The notes under the pieces: generated by a model
Databases searched by the model: none
The model's input: the letters and a program-made list of their open reading frames with translations, nothing else
What the model was told of the DNA's origin: nothing
Translations under genes and position numbers: made by a program
Shown: positions 31,920-45,399 of the stretch, in pieces
How the letters are laid out: each line of letters begins with the position of its first letter
Numbering within the stretch: position 1 is the stretch's first letter
Origin: an uncultured Candidatus Rokubacteria bacterium
GTDB taxonomy: Bacteria; Methylomirabilota; Methylomirabilia; Rokubacteriales; CSP1-6
Reading direction: 5' to 3'
DNA: 64,000 nucleotides
Assembly: GCA_963758635.1 (NCBI GenBank)
Contig: CAVWWD010000008.1
Location: 672,001 to 736,000, forward strand

Positions 31920-32636
31920 ATGAGCGCCAGCCGTCGAGAGTTCCTCACCGCCGCCGCCGCCGGTCCCGCGCTCCTCGGCGGGGTGTCGCGCGCCCTCGCG
32001 CAGGGCCGCGTCAAGCCGGGCCCTCAGGACGTGCTGCTCGTCGTCGACGTCCAGAACTGCTTCCTGCCCGGCGGCTCGCTCGCCGTCAAGGACGGCGACA
32101 AGGTGATTCCCGTGATCAACCGGATCGCGCCGAGCTTCGAGCACGTGATCCTGACCCAGGACTGGCACACCGCCGGGCACGTGTCGTTCGCCTCGAGCCA
32201 CGGCGGCAAGAAGCCCTTCGACACGGTCGCGCTGCCCTACGGGTCGCAGGTGCTGTGGCCCGATCACTGCGTCCAGGGCACCGAGGGCGCCGAGCTCTCG
32301 CGTGAGCTGAAGATCCCCCACGCGGAGCTGGTGATCCGCAAGGGCTACCGCAAGCACATCGACTCGTACTCCGCGTTCTACGAGGCCGACGGCAAGACGC
32401 CCACCGGCCTGACCGGCTACCTCCGCGATCGCGGCCTCACCGGCGTGTTCCTCTGCGGCCTGGCCACCGACTTCTGCGTGTTCTGGTCGGCGATGGACGC
32501 GCGCAAGGCGGGCTTCACCGCCTCCGTGATCGAGGACGCGTGCCGCGGCATCGACGCCGGCGGCTCGCTGGCCCGCGCCTGGACGGAGATGGCGGGCGCC
32601 GGGGTCAAGCGGATCCAGTCCTCCGAGATCGGCTAG
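31920..32636 (+). CDS. pncA: Nicotinamidase/pyrazinamidase with Tat-like signal peptide
   Basis: SD GAGGAG; VVDVQNCF, TQDWH, WPDHCVQGT, RKG, DSYSAF, GLATDFCV; N-terminal SRREFL...ALA. Confidence 0.92.
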   Translation: MSASRREFLTAAAAGPALLGGVSRALAQGRVKPGPQDVLLVVDVQNCFLPGGSLAVKDGDKVIPVINRIAPSFEHVILTQDWHTAGHVSFASSHGGKKPFDTVALPYGSQVLWPDHCVQGTEGAELSRELKIPHAELVIRKGYRKHIDSYSAFYEADGKTPTGLTGYLRDRGLTGVFLCGLATDFCVFWSAMDARKAGFTASVIEDACRGIDAGGSLARAWTEMAGAGVKRIQSSEIG

Positions 32637-32664
32637 CGCGTCGGCGGGCTGTCCCTCAGGCTCC

Positions 32665-32825
32665 CGCGCTCGGGCGTGGGCGGCGGGGAGGCACCGGGGG
32701 TCGCGGGGCCACGCCGCACGCGTGCGCTGCCCCGCTGTGACTGGGCTCCATCCGGGCGCGCGGGGTCCGATGACCGATGGCGGGGAAGGGCCCCTCGACC
32801 CCCGGTGCCTCCCCACCGCCCCCAC
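32665..32825 (+). repeat. Repeat family B, copy 1 (about 160 bp, long terminal inverted repeats)
   Basis: 61-bp core 32709-32769 is identical to the reverse complement of 58715-58775; perfect 19-bp IR 32685-32703/32796-32814. Confidence 0.88.
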
Positions 32826-32933
32826 GGCGACCCGCTGTCGCCAGCTGATCCCGTCGTCAGGGCTCCACATCGAAGCGCTGCCGGGGTCTGGCACTTGCGC
32901 AATGTAGGGGTCTGACCCCGAGTTGCGCGCGGG

Positions 32934-33860
32934 TCAGATCCTGGGGCGGATGTCGCGGGCGACGGTCTCGTAGATCTGGAGCATGTCGTCGAGGTCGCGG
33001 TAGCGGGCCTCGAGGAGCACGGTGGTGACGCCGAGGGCGGCGTAGGCGCGGAGGTCGGAGACGATCTGGTCGGGCGTGCCCTGGAGGGGGCGGCGGTCCG
33101 GGCCGGCCGGCGCGTCGCGGAGGGAGATGCCGGCGCGCAGCGTGATGGCGAGGGTGTCGAACCGCCGGCCCTGGCGCGCGCACTCCTCGCGCAGGAGCGC
33201 GATGCCCTTCTCGAGCCCGGCCAGCGTCGGGAACGCGGCGTGCCAGCCGTCGCCCAGCTCCACCACGCGGCGGAGCGCCCGCGGCGCGTGGCCGCCGATC
33301 CAGATCGGGATCGTGCCCGCCGGCGGCCCGGGCATGACGCCGATCTCGTCGAACGAGAAGAACCGGCCGCGGTAGCTGGCCGCGCGCGGGCTCTGCCAGC
33401 ACGCGCGCATGACCCGGATGGCCTCGTCCGACCACGCTCCCCGCTGAGCGAACGGCACGCCGAGAAGCTCGATCTCCTCGCGCATCCAGCCCACGCCGAC
33501 GCCCAGGACGACGCGGCCGCCGGCGAGGTGGTCCAGCGTGGCCAGCGCCTTGGCCGCGAGCACGGGATGCCGGTGCGGCAGCACGAGGACGGTGGTGCCG
33601 AGCTTCACGCGCTCGGTCACGCCGGCCACGAGGGCGAGCGCGGCCAGCGGCTCGAGGAAGCTCGCGTCCGCGGGCAGGGGGAACCGTCCGGTCTCGTTGT
33701 ACGGATAGCGCGACGCGATCCGGTGCGGGATCGCCACGTGGTCGCTCGCCCACAGCGAGTCGAAGCCGAGCGCCTCCATGCGCCGCGCGAACGCGAGGAG
33801 CGTCTCCCGCGTGGCGACGGGGCCGAACATCGGCAGGTGACAGCCGAGCGCGAGGGCCAC
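32934..33860 (-). CDS. LLM-class (luciferase-like, probably F420-dependent) oxidoreductase
   Basis: GTG 33860; GFDSLWASDHV, LGTTVLVLPHRHPVLAAK, TLDHLAGGRVVLGVGVGW, PIWIGG, LGDGWH. Confidence 0.9.
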   Translation of the reverse strand: MALALGCHLPMFGPVATRETLLAFARRMEALGFDSLWASDHVAIPHRIASRYPYNETGRFPLPADASFLEPLAALALVAGVTERVKLGTTVLVLPHRHPVLAAKALATLDHLAGGRVVLGVGVGWMREEIELLGVPFAQRGAWSDEAIRVMRACWQSPRAASYRGRFFSFDEIGVMPGPPAGTIPIWIGGHAPRALRRVVELGDGWHAAFPTLAGLEKGIALLREECARQGRRFDTLAITLRAGISLRDAPAGPDRRPLQGTPDQIVSDLRAYAALGVTTVLLEARYRDLDDMLQIYETVARDIRPRI

Positions 33861-33864
33861 CCGC

Positions 33865-35465
33865 TCAGCTCTCCCGGTGCGCGCCGGAGGAGTAGAGCAG
33901 CCGCTCGCCCAGCGCGCTGCCCGCGACCATCTCGACCAGGCGCGAGCGCTGGATCTTCCCGCTCGACGTCTTCGGGATCGTCCCCGGCGCCACGAGGAGC
34001 ACGCGCGCGGGCCGGTGGCCACGGCCGTGGTGCACCCGCTGCACGATCTCGCGCACGAGGCCGCTCAGCGCCTCGCGGCCGCCATCGGGCTCGCGCACCT
34101 CGGCCACCACGTGCAGGCGCTGGCTGCCCGTGCGCTCGCTGGCGATCCCGAGGGCCGCCGAGTAGCGCACGCCCGCCACGTGGTCGACGATCTCCTCCAC
34201 GTCGGCGGGCACCAGGTTCTCGCCGCCCAGGATGATGAGGTCCTTGAGCCGGCCGGTGACGAAGAGATAGCCCTCGGCGTCCACGAACCCGAGGTCACCC
34301 GTGCGGAGCCAGCCGTCGGCGCTCAGCACCGCGGCGGTCTCCTCGGGCTGTCGGTAGTAGCCCTGCATCACGCCCGGGCTGCGCACGCAGATCTCGCCCT
34401 CTTCCCCGGCGGGCGCGATCCGATCCCCCTGGACGATGCGGACGGACACGCCCCGGCACGGCTGGCCGACGGACATGAAGCGGCCGGACGCGTCGAAGCG
34501 GAGGGGGGTGCGGCGGGGCCAGATGGCCACGGCGAGCGTCGCCTCGGCCAGCCCGTAGCAGGGCGTGATGAGGTTCTGCACCCCGAACTTCTCCTCGAAC
34601 GCCCGGATCGTGGACAGCCCGCACCGGCTCGGCGCCGGAGAGGGCCTGCTTGAGGGAGGAGAGGTCGAGTCCCGTCGTGTCGTGGATGTTCCGCACGCAG
34701 TTCCGGTAGCCGAAGTCGGGCGATACCGTGAAGGTGGCGCGCACGCGCGTGACCAGCTCGAGCCAGGCCCGCGGGTTGCGGAGGTCGGGCGGCAGCAGAT
34801 GCAGCGGCGACCCGATCGTCGGCGGCGTGAAGGCGCAGCCGATCAGACCCATGTCGTGGTAGAGGGGCAGCCACGACACGACCACGTCCTCCCGCGCGAG
34901 CTGCGCCGCCTCGGCCATGAACTCGACGGTCCGGCACACGTTGGCGTGGCTCAGCACGACCCCGCGCGGGTGTCCGGTGCTCCCCGAGGTGTACTGGATG
35001 AACGCGGTGTCCTCCGCGCGGATCTCGGGAAAGGCCGGCGCGGGGGCGTCGGCCTCGAGGTCCGACGGCTCGAGGACGTGGCGCAGCGTGCTGGCGGCGG
35101 CCGCCGCCGACTCCTCCACGCCCCGCCTGAACCAGCCGATCGTCGACCACCGCCTTCGCCTGCGAGTCCTTGAAGATGTTGGCGGTGCCCTCGACGCCCA
35201 GGGTGGGGTAGAGCGGCACCGGGACCGCGCCCAGGCGGAGGGCGGCGAAGAACGTGTAGAAGAACTCCGGGCAGGTCGGATAGATCAGGCAGACGTTGTC
35301 GCCCCGGCCGATGCCAAACTTCCTGAGCCCGGCGGCGTGCTTCTCGCTCTCCCGCCAGAGCTGGCCGTAGGTGACGGGGGTGTCGAACAGGGAGAAGTAC
35401 GCGGTGTCCGCGTCGCTGGCGGCCCGGTGGCCCAGCAGATCGGCGAGCGTGTCGGCCTTGATCAC
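33865..35465 (-). CDS. Fatty acyl-AMP ligase-like AMP-binding protein (frameshifts near 35145 and 34615)
   Basis: IQYTSGSTGHPRG, SWLPLYHDMGLIG, GAEPV, PCYGLAEATL, TGDLG, TGRLKDLII, IPKTSSGKIQR, across three frames. Confidence 0.88.
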
Positions 35466-35481
35466 TCGCGAGCCTCGGACC

Positions 35482-36183
35482 CTAGCGATCCATGACGATG
35501 GGCTCGAAGCACTCCGCGAAGGCGAGCCCGGCCACCTTGCCGAGCTCCGCCGCCCGGTCCCGCACCCGCTTCTCGACGGCCGGGAAGTCCTTGAACTGGC
35601 TCTGGTGACACGCCAGGGCCTTGAGCTTCAGGTCGATGGTGTCGCCGATATCGACGACCACTTCTGGACTTTCCCACCACATCATGTGGACCTCCTTCAC
35701 CTTGTGGGGCTCGAGGCCCTGGGCGAGGAGCTCGGGGAAGGCCATGTGGTCGCGGGCGAGGGGATAGACGCAGTCCAGCGTGATTCCCGCCACGATCCGG
35801 TGGTCACGGTGCGAGGCGCCGAGGTTCCGGGTCCGGTGGGGGTTCTGGCAGATGACAAGGTCAGGACGGTGGCGCCGGATGGCCGCGCTCACCGCCATCC
35901 GGGCCTCGCGCGTGTCCTCCACCTCGCAGTCGGGGAAGCCGAGGAAGTCGACGGTCTCCACGCCCAGGACCCGCGCGGCGTTCCTCTGCTCCTCCTCGCG
36001 GATCCGGGCCAGGCGCTCCGGGGTCATCTCGCGGTCGCCCGAGCCCTTGTTGCCGCTGGTCACCACGCAGTAGGTGACCTGCTTGCCTTCCCTGACCAGC
36101 TTCGCCACCGTGCCGCCGGCCCCGAACTCGGAGTCGTCGGGGTGGGCGGTGACGACGAGGACTCTCTGGATCCGCTCGGTCAT
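35482..36183 (-). CDS. PIG-L/LmbE family deacetylase
   Basis: SD AAGGAG; AHPDDSE, TSGNKG, R.EEQ.NAA, HRDH, K.KAL.CHQSQ. Confidence 0.92.
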   Translation of the reverse strand: MTERIQRVLVVTAHPDDSEFGAGGTVAKLVREGKQVTYCVVTSGNKGSGDREMTPERLARIREEEQRNAARVLGVETVDFLGFPDCEVEDTREARMAVSAAIRRHRPDLVICQNPHRTRNLGASHRDHRIVAGITLDCVYPLARDHMAFPELLAQGLEPHKVKEVHMMWWESPEVVVDIGDTIDLKLKALACHQSQFKDFPAVEKRVRDRAAELGKVAGLAFAECFEPIVMDR

Positions 36184-36289
36184 GGGCGCATGTCTCCTTT
36201 GGCGGCATCTTATCCCAGGCGGTAGCGGGTACGAACGACCCGGACGCCCCGAGGCGCCGCTGGCCGGCCCGATCCGTCCGGCGCTCGAG

Positions 36290-36365
36290 TCACCCAGAAT
36301 GCGGTCACCCGCTACGGGCCTCTACAGTCCCACCGCTCGGCATTTAGTCTGATGCGCGGGGCTCA
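36290..36365 (+). mobile_element. MITE family C, copy 1 (76 bp, CGAG direct repeats)
   Basis: ACGGGCCTCTACAGTCCCACCGCTCGGCATTTAGTCTGATGCGCGGGGCTCA matches 47431-47508 and the reverse complement of 54580-54657; CGAG at 36286-89 and 36366-69. Confidence 0.8.
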
Positions 36366-36447
36366 CGAGATGCGCGGGGCACGAGATGCGCGGGGCCTCG
36401 TCGAGCCTTCGCTATAATGCGCCAGTGCCGACCGTCGCTCGCCTGGC

Positions 36448-36714
36448 ATGACCGTTCCGCCCGATGATCCCCGGCCGGCGCCGCGCCTCCGGCCGGTGAG
36501 GCGTCCCGTCGCGGGTGCCGTGCTCCTGCTGGTCCTGCTCGCCATCCCGCTCGTGGCCGCCCTGCTTCCCGTCGATCCCGGAGCCGTCCGCGCGAGCGGT
36601 CTCGCGCTCGCGTGGTGGTACGCGGGCCTGCTCGCGCCCGTGGTGGGCCTGGGGATCGCGGCGTGGGCCGTGCCGGGAGCGGGGCCCGCCGGAGCGCCGC
36701 GCCAGCGGCGATGA
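36448..36714 (+). CDS. Small two-TM membrane protein (possible solute-symporter accessory subunit)
   Basis: Two hydrophobic segments, GLALAWWYAG; ATGA-coupled to the next membrane gene; TATAAT at 36413. Confidence 0.5.
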   Translation: MTVPPDDPRPAPRLRPVRRPVAGAVLLLVLLAIPLVAALLPVDPGAVRASGLALAWWYAGLLAPVVGLGIAAWAVPGAGPAGAPRQRR

Positions 36715-38165
36715 GCGGCCTCCAGGCCCTGGCCGCCTGGCTCACGCCCGTCCTGTCGCTCGCCGTCGCCGCGTCGGCGGCGAAGGGCGGCCGCCATGGC
36801 GCCTGGATCGGTCTCTGTGTGATGCTCGCGCCGCTCGTGGCGCTCCTCTTCGGAGCCGCACGGAGGGCCGAGAGCGAGCCGCCGGCCCAGGGCCTCGTCG
36901 TGCCCGTCGTCGTCTGCGTGCTCGTGTGGGCGAACCTGGCCCTCGCTGGCGAGCTCGCGACGAGCCTCGGCCATTTCCGGTGGCAGGGCGTCGCCTTCGT
37001 GGCCGTGCCCGCCCTCCTGCTCGTCTGGTGGCCGTCCGGGGCGCGTCGCGCCGGCGGCGCCCTGGCGGTGATCGCCCTCGTCGCGCTCGTCTTGCCTCTG
37101 CTCACGCTGGCCCAGACGGCCGGGCTCGATCCCCGCGCCGCCTGGGCGGCGGTCGCGGCTCGCCCGGCCTTCGTCTTCCCGCCCGCGAGCCCGTGGGTCA
37201 CCAGCGGCCGCGTCGTCCCGTCGCCCCACGGGCGCCCCTCCGCCGTCCCGCTCGAGGAGGAGCATCGCGTGGTCGCGCCGGCGGGCGGGACGATGCGCAT
37301 CCTGATGCGCGACGGCGGCCGCGAGAGCCAGCAGGACTGGACCCTCGCCCCGGGCCAGGTGGCCACGCTCCGTCCCGGCGACCGGATCGAAGCCCTGCCG
37401 GGCACACGGCTGCGCTTCGAGGCCGGACGCCGGGTGCCCGGCGCGCCCCACGGAGGCGCGGCGTGGGCGGAGGGTCGCTCGGTGTCGTGGACGGAGACGC
37501 TCGGGCTCGCGGTGACGCTGCTCGGCGGCGCCATCGCGCTGCTCTCGCGCCGGAGCTTCGCCATCCCGTCGCGGACCACCGTGGCGATCGCCGGCGTGGG
37601 CCTGCTCGCCGGGCTGGCCTGGGCCGAGGCGTGGGGCGTCTACGGCGTGCTCCTCGCGCCGGACCTGTTCCTCGGCGGCGTGTCCTCCGCGCGCATGGTC
37701 GACGTGCCGACGCTCGCGTACGGCGAGGGCCCGGCGGGAACGAGGGTGCAGGGCGTGCTCCTGATCGGGCTCCTCGCCGGCTTCCTCGCCGCCGCCGTTT
37801 CTCTGGCCGAACGCGCACGAGTCGAGAGCGCGCCCGGCGCCGATGACGTCGGGCACGGCGCCTGGATCGCGGTGGTCGCGGCGGCCGCCCTGGCCGCGAG
37901 CCTGCGCGACCTCGATCCCTGGACCGTCGCGCTGTGGGGGCTCGGGGCGGCCGCCTCATCGCTCGCTCCGACGGCCATCATCGGCGACGTGTCGCCGGCG
38001 CTGGCCCGGGTCTCGGGCCTGCTGGGGCTCGCGGTCTTCGCCGCGCTCTCCGTGCTGCGCCATGGACAGGGCGCGACGAGCGGCGGCGCGCTGGCGATCC
38101 TGGACTACCCCGCGCTGGTCGCGGCGCCGATCGCGCTGGGGCTCGTCTGGATCGGCCGCCGGTAG
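36711..38165 (+). CDS. Polytopic membrane protein, possibly a highly divergent sodium:solute symporter relative
   Basis: Many hydrophobic helices with a central soluble loop; weak resemblance to SSS C-terminal helices ([13 protein letters not shown]); no firm signature. Confidence 0.55.
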   Translation: MSGLQALAAWLTPVLSLAVAASAAKGGRHGAWIGLCVMLAPLVALLFGAARRAESEPPAQGLVVPVVVCVLVWANLALAGELATSLGHFRWQGVAFVAVPALLLVWWPSGARRAGGALAVIALVALVLPLLTLAQTAGLDPRAAWAAVAARPAFVFPPASPWVTSGRVVPSPHGRPSAVPLEEEHRVVAPAGGTMRILMRDGGRESQQDWTLAPGQVATLRPGDRIEALPGTRLRFEAGRRVPGAPHGGAAWAEGRSVSWTETLGLAVTLLGGAIALLSRRSFAIPSRTTVAIAGVGLLAGLAWAEAWGVYGVLLAPDLFLGGVSSARMVDVPTLAYGEGPAGTRVQGVLLIGLLAGFLAAAVSLAERARVESAPGADDVGHGAWIAVVAAAALAASLRDLDPWTVALWGLGAAASSLAPTAIIGDVSPALARVSGLLGLAVFAALSVLRHGQGATSGGALAILDYPALVAAPIALGLVWIGRR

Positions 38166-38245
38166 CGGGCCGGTGCTCATCCGCTTCGGGCCGTCGCGCT
38201 CGTCCGTTTCCCGACGTGGGTGGCGGGAGTATGATGCGGACGGCC

Positions 38246-41018
<2,773 letters not shown>

Positions 41019-41047
41019 GCCCCTCGGCCCGCCTCGCAGGGAAGCCC

Positions 41048-42477
41048 ATGCATCGCCGTGACGAAGATCGTCTGCACGATCGGGCCCGCGAGCCGGAGCC
41101 CGGAGATGCTGGACCAGCTCGTCGCCGCGGGCATGGACGTAGCGCGCCTCAACTTCTCGCACGGCACCCACGAGGAGCACACCGAGGTCGTCCGCGCGAT
41201 CCGGGCGGGCGAGGAGCGCTGGGGACGCCCGCTCACGATCATCCAGGACCTGCAAGGTCCGAAGGTGCGGCTGGGCGCCTTCGAGCGGCGGGCAGGCCAT
41301 GCTCATGGCCGGGGGCTCCTTCACGCTGACCCCGGCGCCGGTGATGGGGACGGCGGAGCGGGCGACCCTGTCGCATCCGGAGTTCCTGGGCGCGCTGCGT
41401 CCCGCCGACCAGGTCTGGATGGACGACGGGATGATCCAGCTCGTCGTCGAGACGGTGGAGCCGGACGGCACCGCGCACTGCCGCGTGACCGCCGGCGGCT
41501 TCGTCTCGGACCACAAGGGCGTCGCGCTGCCGCGCATTCCCGCGCCGGTCGCCTCGCTGACCGACAAGGACCGCGAGGACCTGCGCCTGGGGATCGCGCT
41601 TGGCGTCGACTACGTCGCCGTATCGTTCGTCCGCTCCGCCGCCGACATCGAGGTGGTCCGCCGCTTCCTGCGCGACGAGGGCGCCGACCTGCCGCTGATC
41701 GCCAAGCTCGAGCGCGCCGAGGTCATGGAGAGCCTGCCGGAGATCCTGGCCCGCGTGGACGCGGTGATGGTGGCCCGGGGCGACCTCGGGGTGGCGGTGC
41801 CCCTCGAGGACGTGCCGGTGATCCAGAAGCACGTCGTCATCCAGGCGCGCCAGGCGAAGGTGCCGGTGATCGTGGCCACCCAGATGCTGGAGTCGATGAT
41901 CACGCACGTCCGGCCCACCCGCGCCGAGGTGAGCGACGTGGCCACCGCCATCTTCGACGGCGCGGACGCCACCATGCTCTCGGCGGAGACCGCCACCGGC
42001 CAGTACCCCGTGGAGGCCGTCCGCGTGATGGCCCGGGTGGCCGAGCGCGCCGAGCGCGCGGCCCCGCCGACACCGCGGCGCGACGCCGCGCGGGGTGGGC
42101 CCGACGGCTTCTCGGAGGCGATCGCCGAGGCGGCCGGCCAGGCGGCGCACATGCTGAACGCGCGGGCCATCGTGGCCTTCACGCAGTCCGGGTTCAGCGC
42201 GCGGCTCATCTCCGGGGAGCGGCCCGAGGTGCCGATCATCGCCCTGACGCCGTTTTCCGAGATCCAGCGGAAGGTCGGCCTCTACTGGGGGACCAGCTCC
42301 CGGCTCGTGCGCAAGTTCCAGACGACCGACGAGATGATCGAGGAGGTCGAGGCCACCCTCGTGGGCGACGGCTCGGTCAAGACCGGCGACGTGCTCGTCA
42401 TCATCTCCGGCGCGCCCCTCTGGGTCTCGGGGACGACGAACTTGCTCAAGCTGCATCGCGTCGGCGACCGCCGATGA
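41048..42477 (+). CDS. pyk: Pyruvate kinase (frameshifts near 41060 and 41295)
   Basis: TKIVCTIGPAS, ARLNFSHG, DLQGPKVR, IAKLE, MVARGDLG, ATQMLESM, PTRAEVSDVA, MLSAETA. Confidence 0.95.
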
Positions 42478-42552
42478 GGACTTCGGAGCGCGGCGGTTGT
42501 TCCAAGGCCAGGGTGGCGGTTGTTTCCGAAGGCCTGACCATATCGCGCGCCG

Positions 42553-42590
42553 TCACCCTGCCCTCTCCCCTGCGCGGGGGAGAGGAGGGC
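42553..42590. repeat. REP-like CCCTCTCCC/GGGAGAGG hairpin (family D)
   Basis: TCACCCTGCCCTCTCCCC-TGCGC-GGGGAGAGG; same motif as 62530-62648. Confidence 0.65.
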
Positions 42591-42658
42591 GTGAACGGCA
42601 GGTCTGATCCGGCCAGGCCTCTGGAAACCTCTGTCCTTGATGTCCTGAGGGAGATCGC

Positions 42659-43447
42659 ATGAGCTACGAGGCGCTGACCTACGAAGTCAAGGACGCGGTG
42701 GCGACGATCACGCTGAGCCGGCCCGAGGCGTACAACGCGCTGAACCTGACCATGGGGCGGGACCTGTTCCACGCCACGCTCGAGGCCGACGAGGACCGGG
42801 CCGTCCGCTGCATCGTCATCACCGGCGCCGGGCGCGCGTTCTGCGCCGGCGGCGACGTCAAGGACTTCGCCGACACCCCCGACCGCATCGGGATCCTGGT
42901 GAAGGAGCTCACCACGTACCTGCACGGGGCGGTGTCGCGGCTGGCGCGCACGGCCAAGCCCGTCGTGATGGGCGTGAACGGCGTGGCGGCGGGCGGCGGC
43001 ATGAGCCTGGCCCTCGCCGGGGACCTGGTCGTGGCCGCCGAGTCGGCGAAGTTCACCATGGCCTACGCGAAGATCGCGGCGTCGCCTGACGGGTCGTCCT
43101 CGTACTTCCTGCCGCGCCTCATCGGTCTTCGTCGCGCGCTGGAGCTGCACTACACCAACCGCGTGCTGTCCGCCCGCGAGGCGATGGAGTGGGGGCTGGT
43201 CAACCGGGTGCATCCCGACGCGGAGTTCGCGGGCGCGCTGGGCGCGCTCGCCCGGGAGCTGGCCGACGGGCCCACGCTGGCGTTCGGCCGCGCCAAGCAG
43301 CTCTTCCACCAGTCCACGCAGGAGAGCCTGGAGACGCAGATGGAGCTCGAGGCCCAGGCCATCGCGGCGTCCGGACACACCGAGGACTTCCGCCTCGCCG
43401 TGCAGGCGTTCGCGCGCAAGCAGGGCGCCACGTTCAAGGGGCGCTGA
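42659..43447 (+). CDS. Enoyl-CoA hydratase/isomerase (crotonase) family, PaaG-like
   Basis: SD GAGGAG; LSRPEAYNAL, TGAGRAFCAGGDV, KPVVMGVNGVAAGGG, SPDG, WGLVNRV. Confidence 0.92.
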   Translation: MSYEALTYEVKDAVATITLSRPEAYNALNLTMGRDLFHATLEADEDRAVRCIVITGAGRAFCAGGDVKDFADTPDRIGILVKELTTYLHGAVSRLARTAKPVVMGVNGVAAGGGMSLALAGDLVVAAESAKFTMAYAKIAASPDGSSSYFLPRLIGLRRALELHYTNRVLSAREAMEWGLVNRVHPDAEFAGALGALARELADGPTLAFGRAKQLFHQSTQESLETQMELEAQAIAASGHTEDFRLAVQAFARKQGATFKGR

Positions 43448-43479
43448 CAACGACCGTCGCCGCGGAGCAGCGCCCCGTG

Positions 43480-44827
43480 ATGAGCCGGCGGACCGTGCTC
43501 GCCGGGTGCCTCGCCACCCTCGCCGCTCCCTCCACCGCACTGTCGTCGCCGCTCCCTGGCGATGGCACCGGCAATCGAGTCGTCCCCGGGCGCGGCAGCT
43601 TTCCCCGCTGGCATGGCGTGGCCATGGCCACCGCCGATGCTCCCATCCGCTGGCTGGCCGCGATGCCCGGCCGGCAGCTCGCCGCGGTGGACCGTGACGG
43701 CTCGCTCTGGATCTTCTCCGTGAGCGCGACGGCCATCACCGTCACGGGGCGCTACGGCGAGATCGCCGGCCCGGATTCGCCCCCGGTCGTGGTCGTGCTC
43801 GACCAGGATCGGAGCGGGATCGCCCTCGTCGTCCGGGATGGCCGCCTCGCCGTGTGGAGTGACGGGACGATGCGGAGCTACGACGTGGGCGCGCCGCTGT
43901 CGCGCCTGGCCGCGCCCAGTCCCGTCCGTCTGGCCGGCCGCGAATGGGACGACCTCCTCGCCGTGGCCGCGGACGGGGCGGTTCTCCTGCTCGGCAACAT
44001 GCCGGCGGCGCCGCGGACGCTGGCGCGGGTCGACGTTCACGCGCTCCCCGACGCCCGCATCACCCTCGGCGACCTGGACGGCGATGGCCTCGTCGAGGCG
44101 GTCGTGCTCACCGACGGGACCGACCGCTATCCGCATGGCGCTCTCGGGCGACGGGCTCGAGGCCGGCGCCGTGACCGTGCTCGGCTTGTCGCCCAACGGG
44201 CTTGCGGTGCGGGCGCGGCTTCCCGTCACGGCGCCGGCCGTGTACGAGGACCTCGTGCCCGTCCTCGCCCAGGTCGGCAGCCCGCGCATGTCGATCCTGC
44301 TGGCGAAGAGCAGCCCCCAGGACGGAACCGCGATCCGGCTGCTCGGCTGGCGGGACGGCGGCCTCGCCACGCTCGCCGAGAGCGCCGGCGTGGGGCAGGG
44401 CCAGCGCTGGAGCCACGTGCTCGGCGTGGTCGACCTGTCGGGGCCGGGGAGCGCGGAGATCGTCGCCGTGCGCACGCCGCACGCGGGCGGCGTCCTCACC
44501 GCGTACCGGCGTCGCGGCACGTCGCTGGTCCCGGTCGCCAAGGCCGCCGGCTACGCGTCACACGCCTTCGGCTCGCGGAACCTGGACCAGGCGGTCATGG
44601 CCGACCTCGACGGCAACGGCAGGGCCGAGGTGGTGCTGCCCCGTCAGACGCGGGACGTGCTCGCCGGGCTCGACCTGGAGGGGGCGCGCCTCGTGGAGCG
44701 CTGGAGCGTGACCTTCAAGACGCCGATCGAGTCCAACGTGGTGGTCGCGGACCTCGACGGCGACGGGCTCCTCGACCTGGTCGTGGCGGACCGGCGTGGC
44801 ATGTACGTCTTCTCGAGCATGCGATGA
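43480..44827 (+). CDS. Secreted FG-GAP/VCBS-repeat protein (frameshift near 44145)
   Basis: Tat-like MSRRTVL; repeated GDLDGDG/ADLDGNG Ca-binding motifs; TDRYPHG, VRTPH.GG, SHAFGSRNLD. Confidence 0.78.
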
Positions 44828-45323
44828 GCGGCGGCGCGCGTCCCCCGCAGGCCTCGCCGGCCGATCTCGCCGGCCGCCTCGATCGCATCCTGGACGTCGC
44901 CACGCGCCTGGTCGCGCGGATCCCCGACGAGCGCATGGGCTGGCGGCCTCCCGGAGGCGACGGCACCCTCGGCGACCTGGGCTTCCACCTGTTCCGTCTG
45001 GGCCTCGCCTTCGCCGACGGCATGGACATGGGGCGCTACGCGGACGGCTGGCGCGCGGAGGCCGCGCCGGCCGATCTCACCGACGGCGAGGCGATCGCGC
45101 GGTACGGCGCGCTGGTGCGCGCGCGGCTCGGAGGCTGGTTCGAGGGCGCGAGCGCCGGCGAGTACGCGCGCCAGATCGCCGGGAGCGACGGCACGTGGTC
45201 GGGCCACGAGCTCCTCGCCCGCACCGTGGCCGAGGCGGCGTCCCGCCTGCGCCGGCTCCATGCGCTGCTGGAGGGCCTCGGCGTCCAGAACCTCGCGCCG
45301 CTGCCCCTACCCCGGCCCGCTGA
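44824..45323 (+). CDS. DinB-like four-helix protein (true stop uncertain)
   Basis: ATGA overlap; 'RLDRILDVATRLVARIPDERMGWRPP...TLGDLGFHLF' DinB-like pattern. As sequenced the frame runs on to 45642; a one-base shift would stop it at TGA 45321-23. Confidence 0.6.
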
Positions 45324-45332
45324 GGGCAGGTT

Positions 45333-45399
45333 TGCGGTTGTTTCCACGGCATCTCCATATCCGCTCGGCTCGCGCCGCCGAGCGGCGCTCACCTCGCAC
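45333..45399 (-). repeat. Repeat family A, copy 4
   Basis: Reverse complement GTGCGAGGTGAGCGCCGCTCGGCGGCGCGAGCCGAGCGGATATGGAGATGCCGTGGAAACAACCGCA is nearly identical to 46096-46161. Confidence 0.88.

Noticed and set aside
38199..38204. CTCGTC upstream of uvrA (and at 10100) as further copies of the radical SAM operator
   Set aside because: Only a 6-mer of the 11-mer matches, which is expected by chance in GC-rich DNA.
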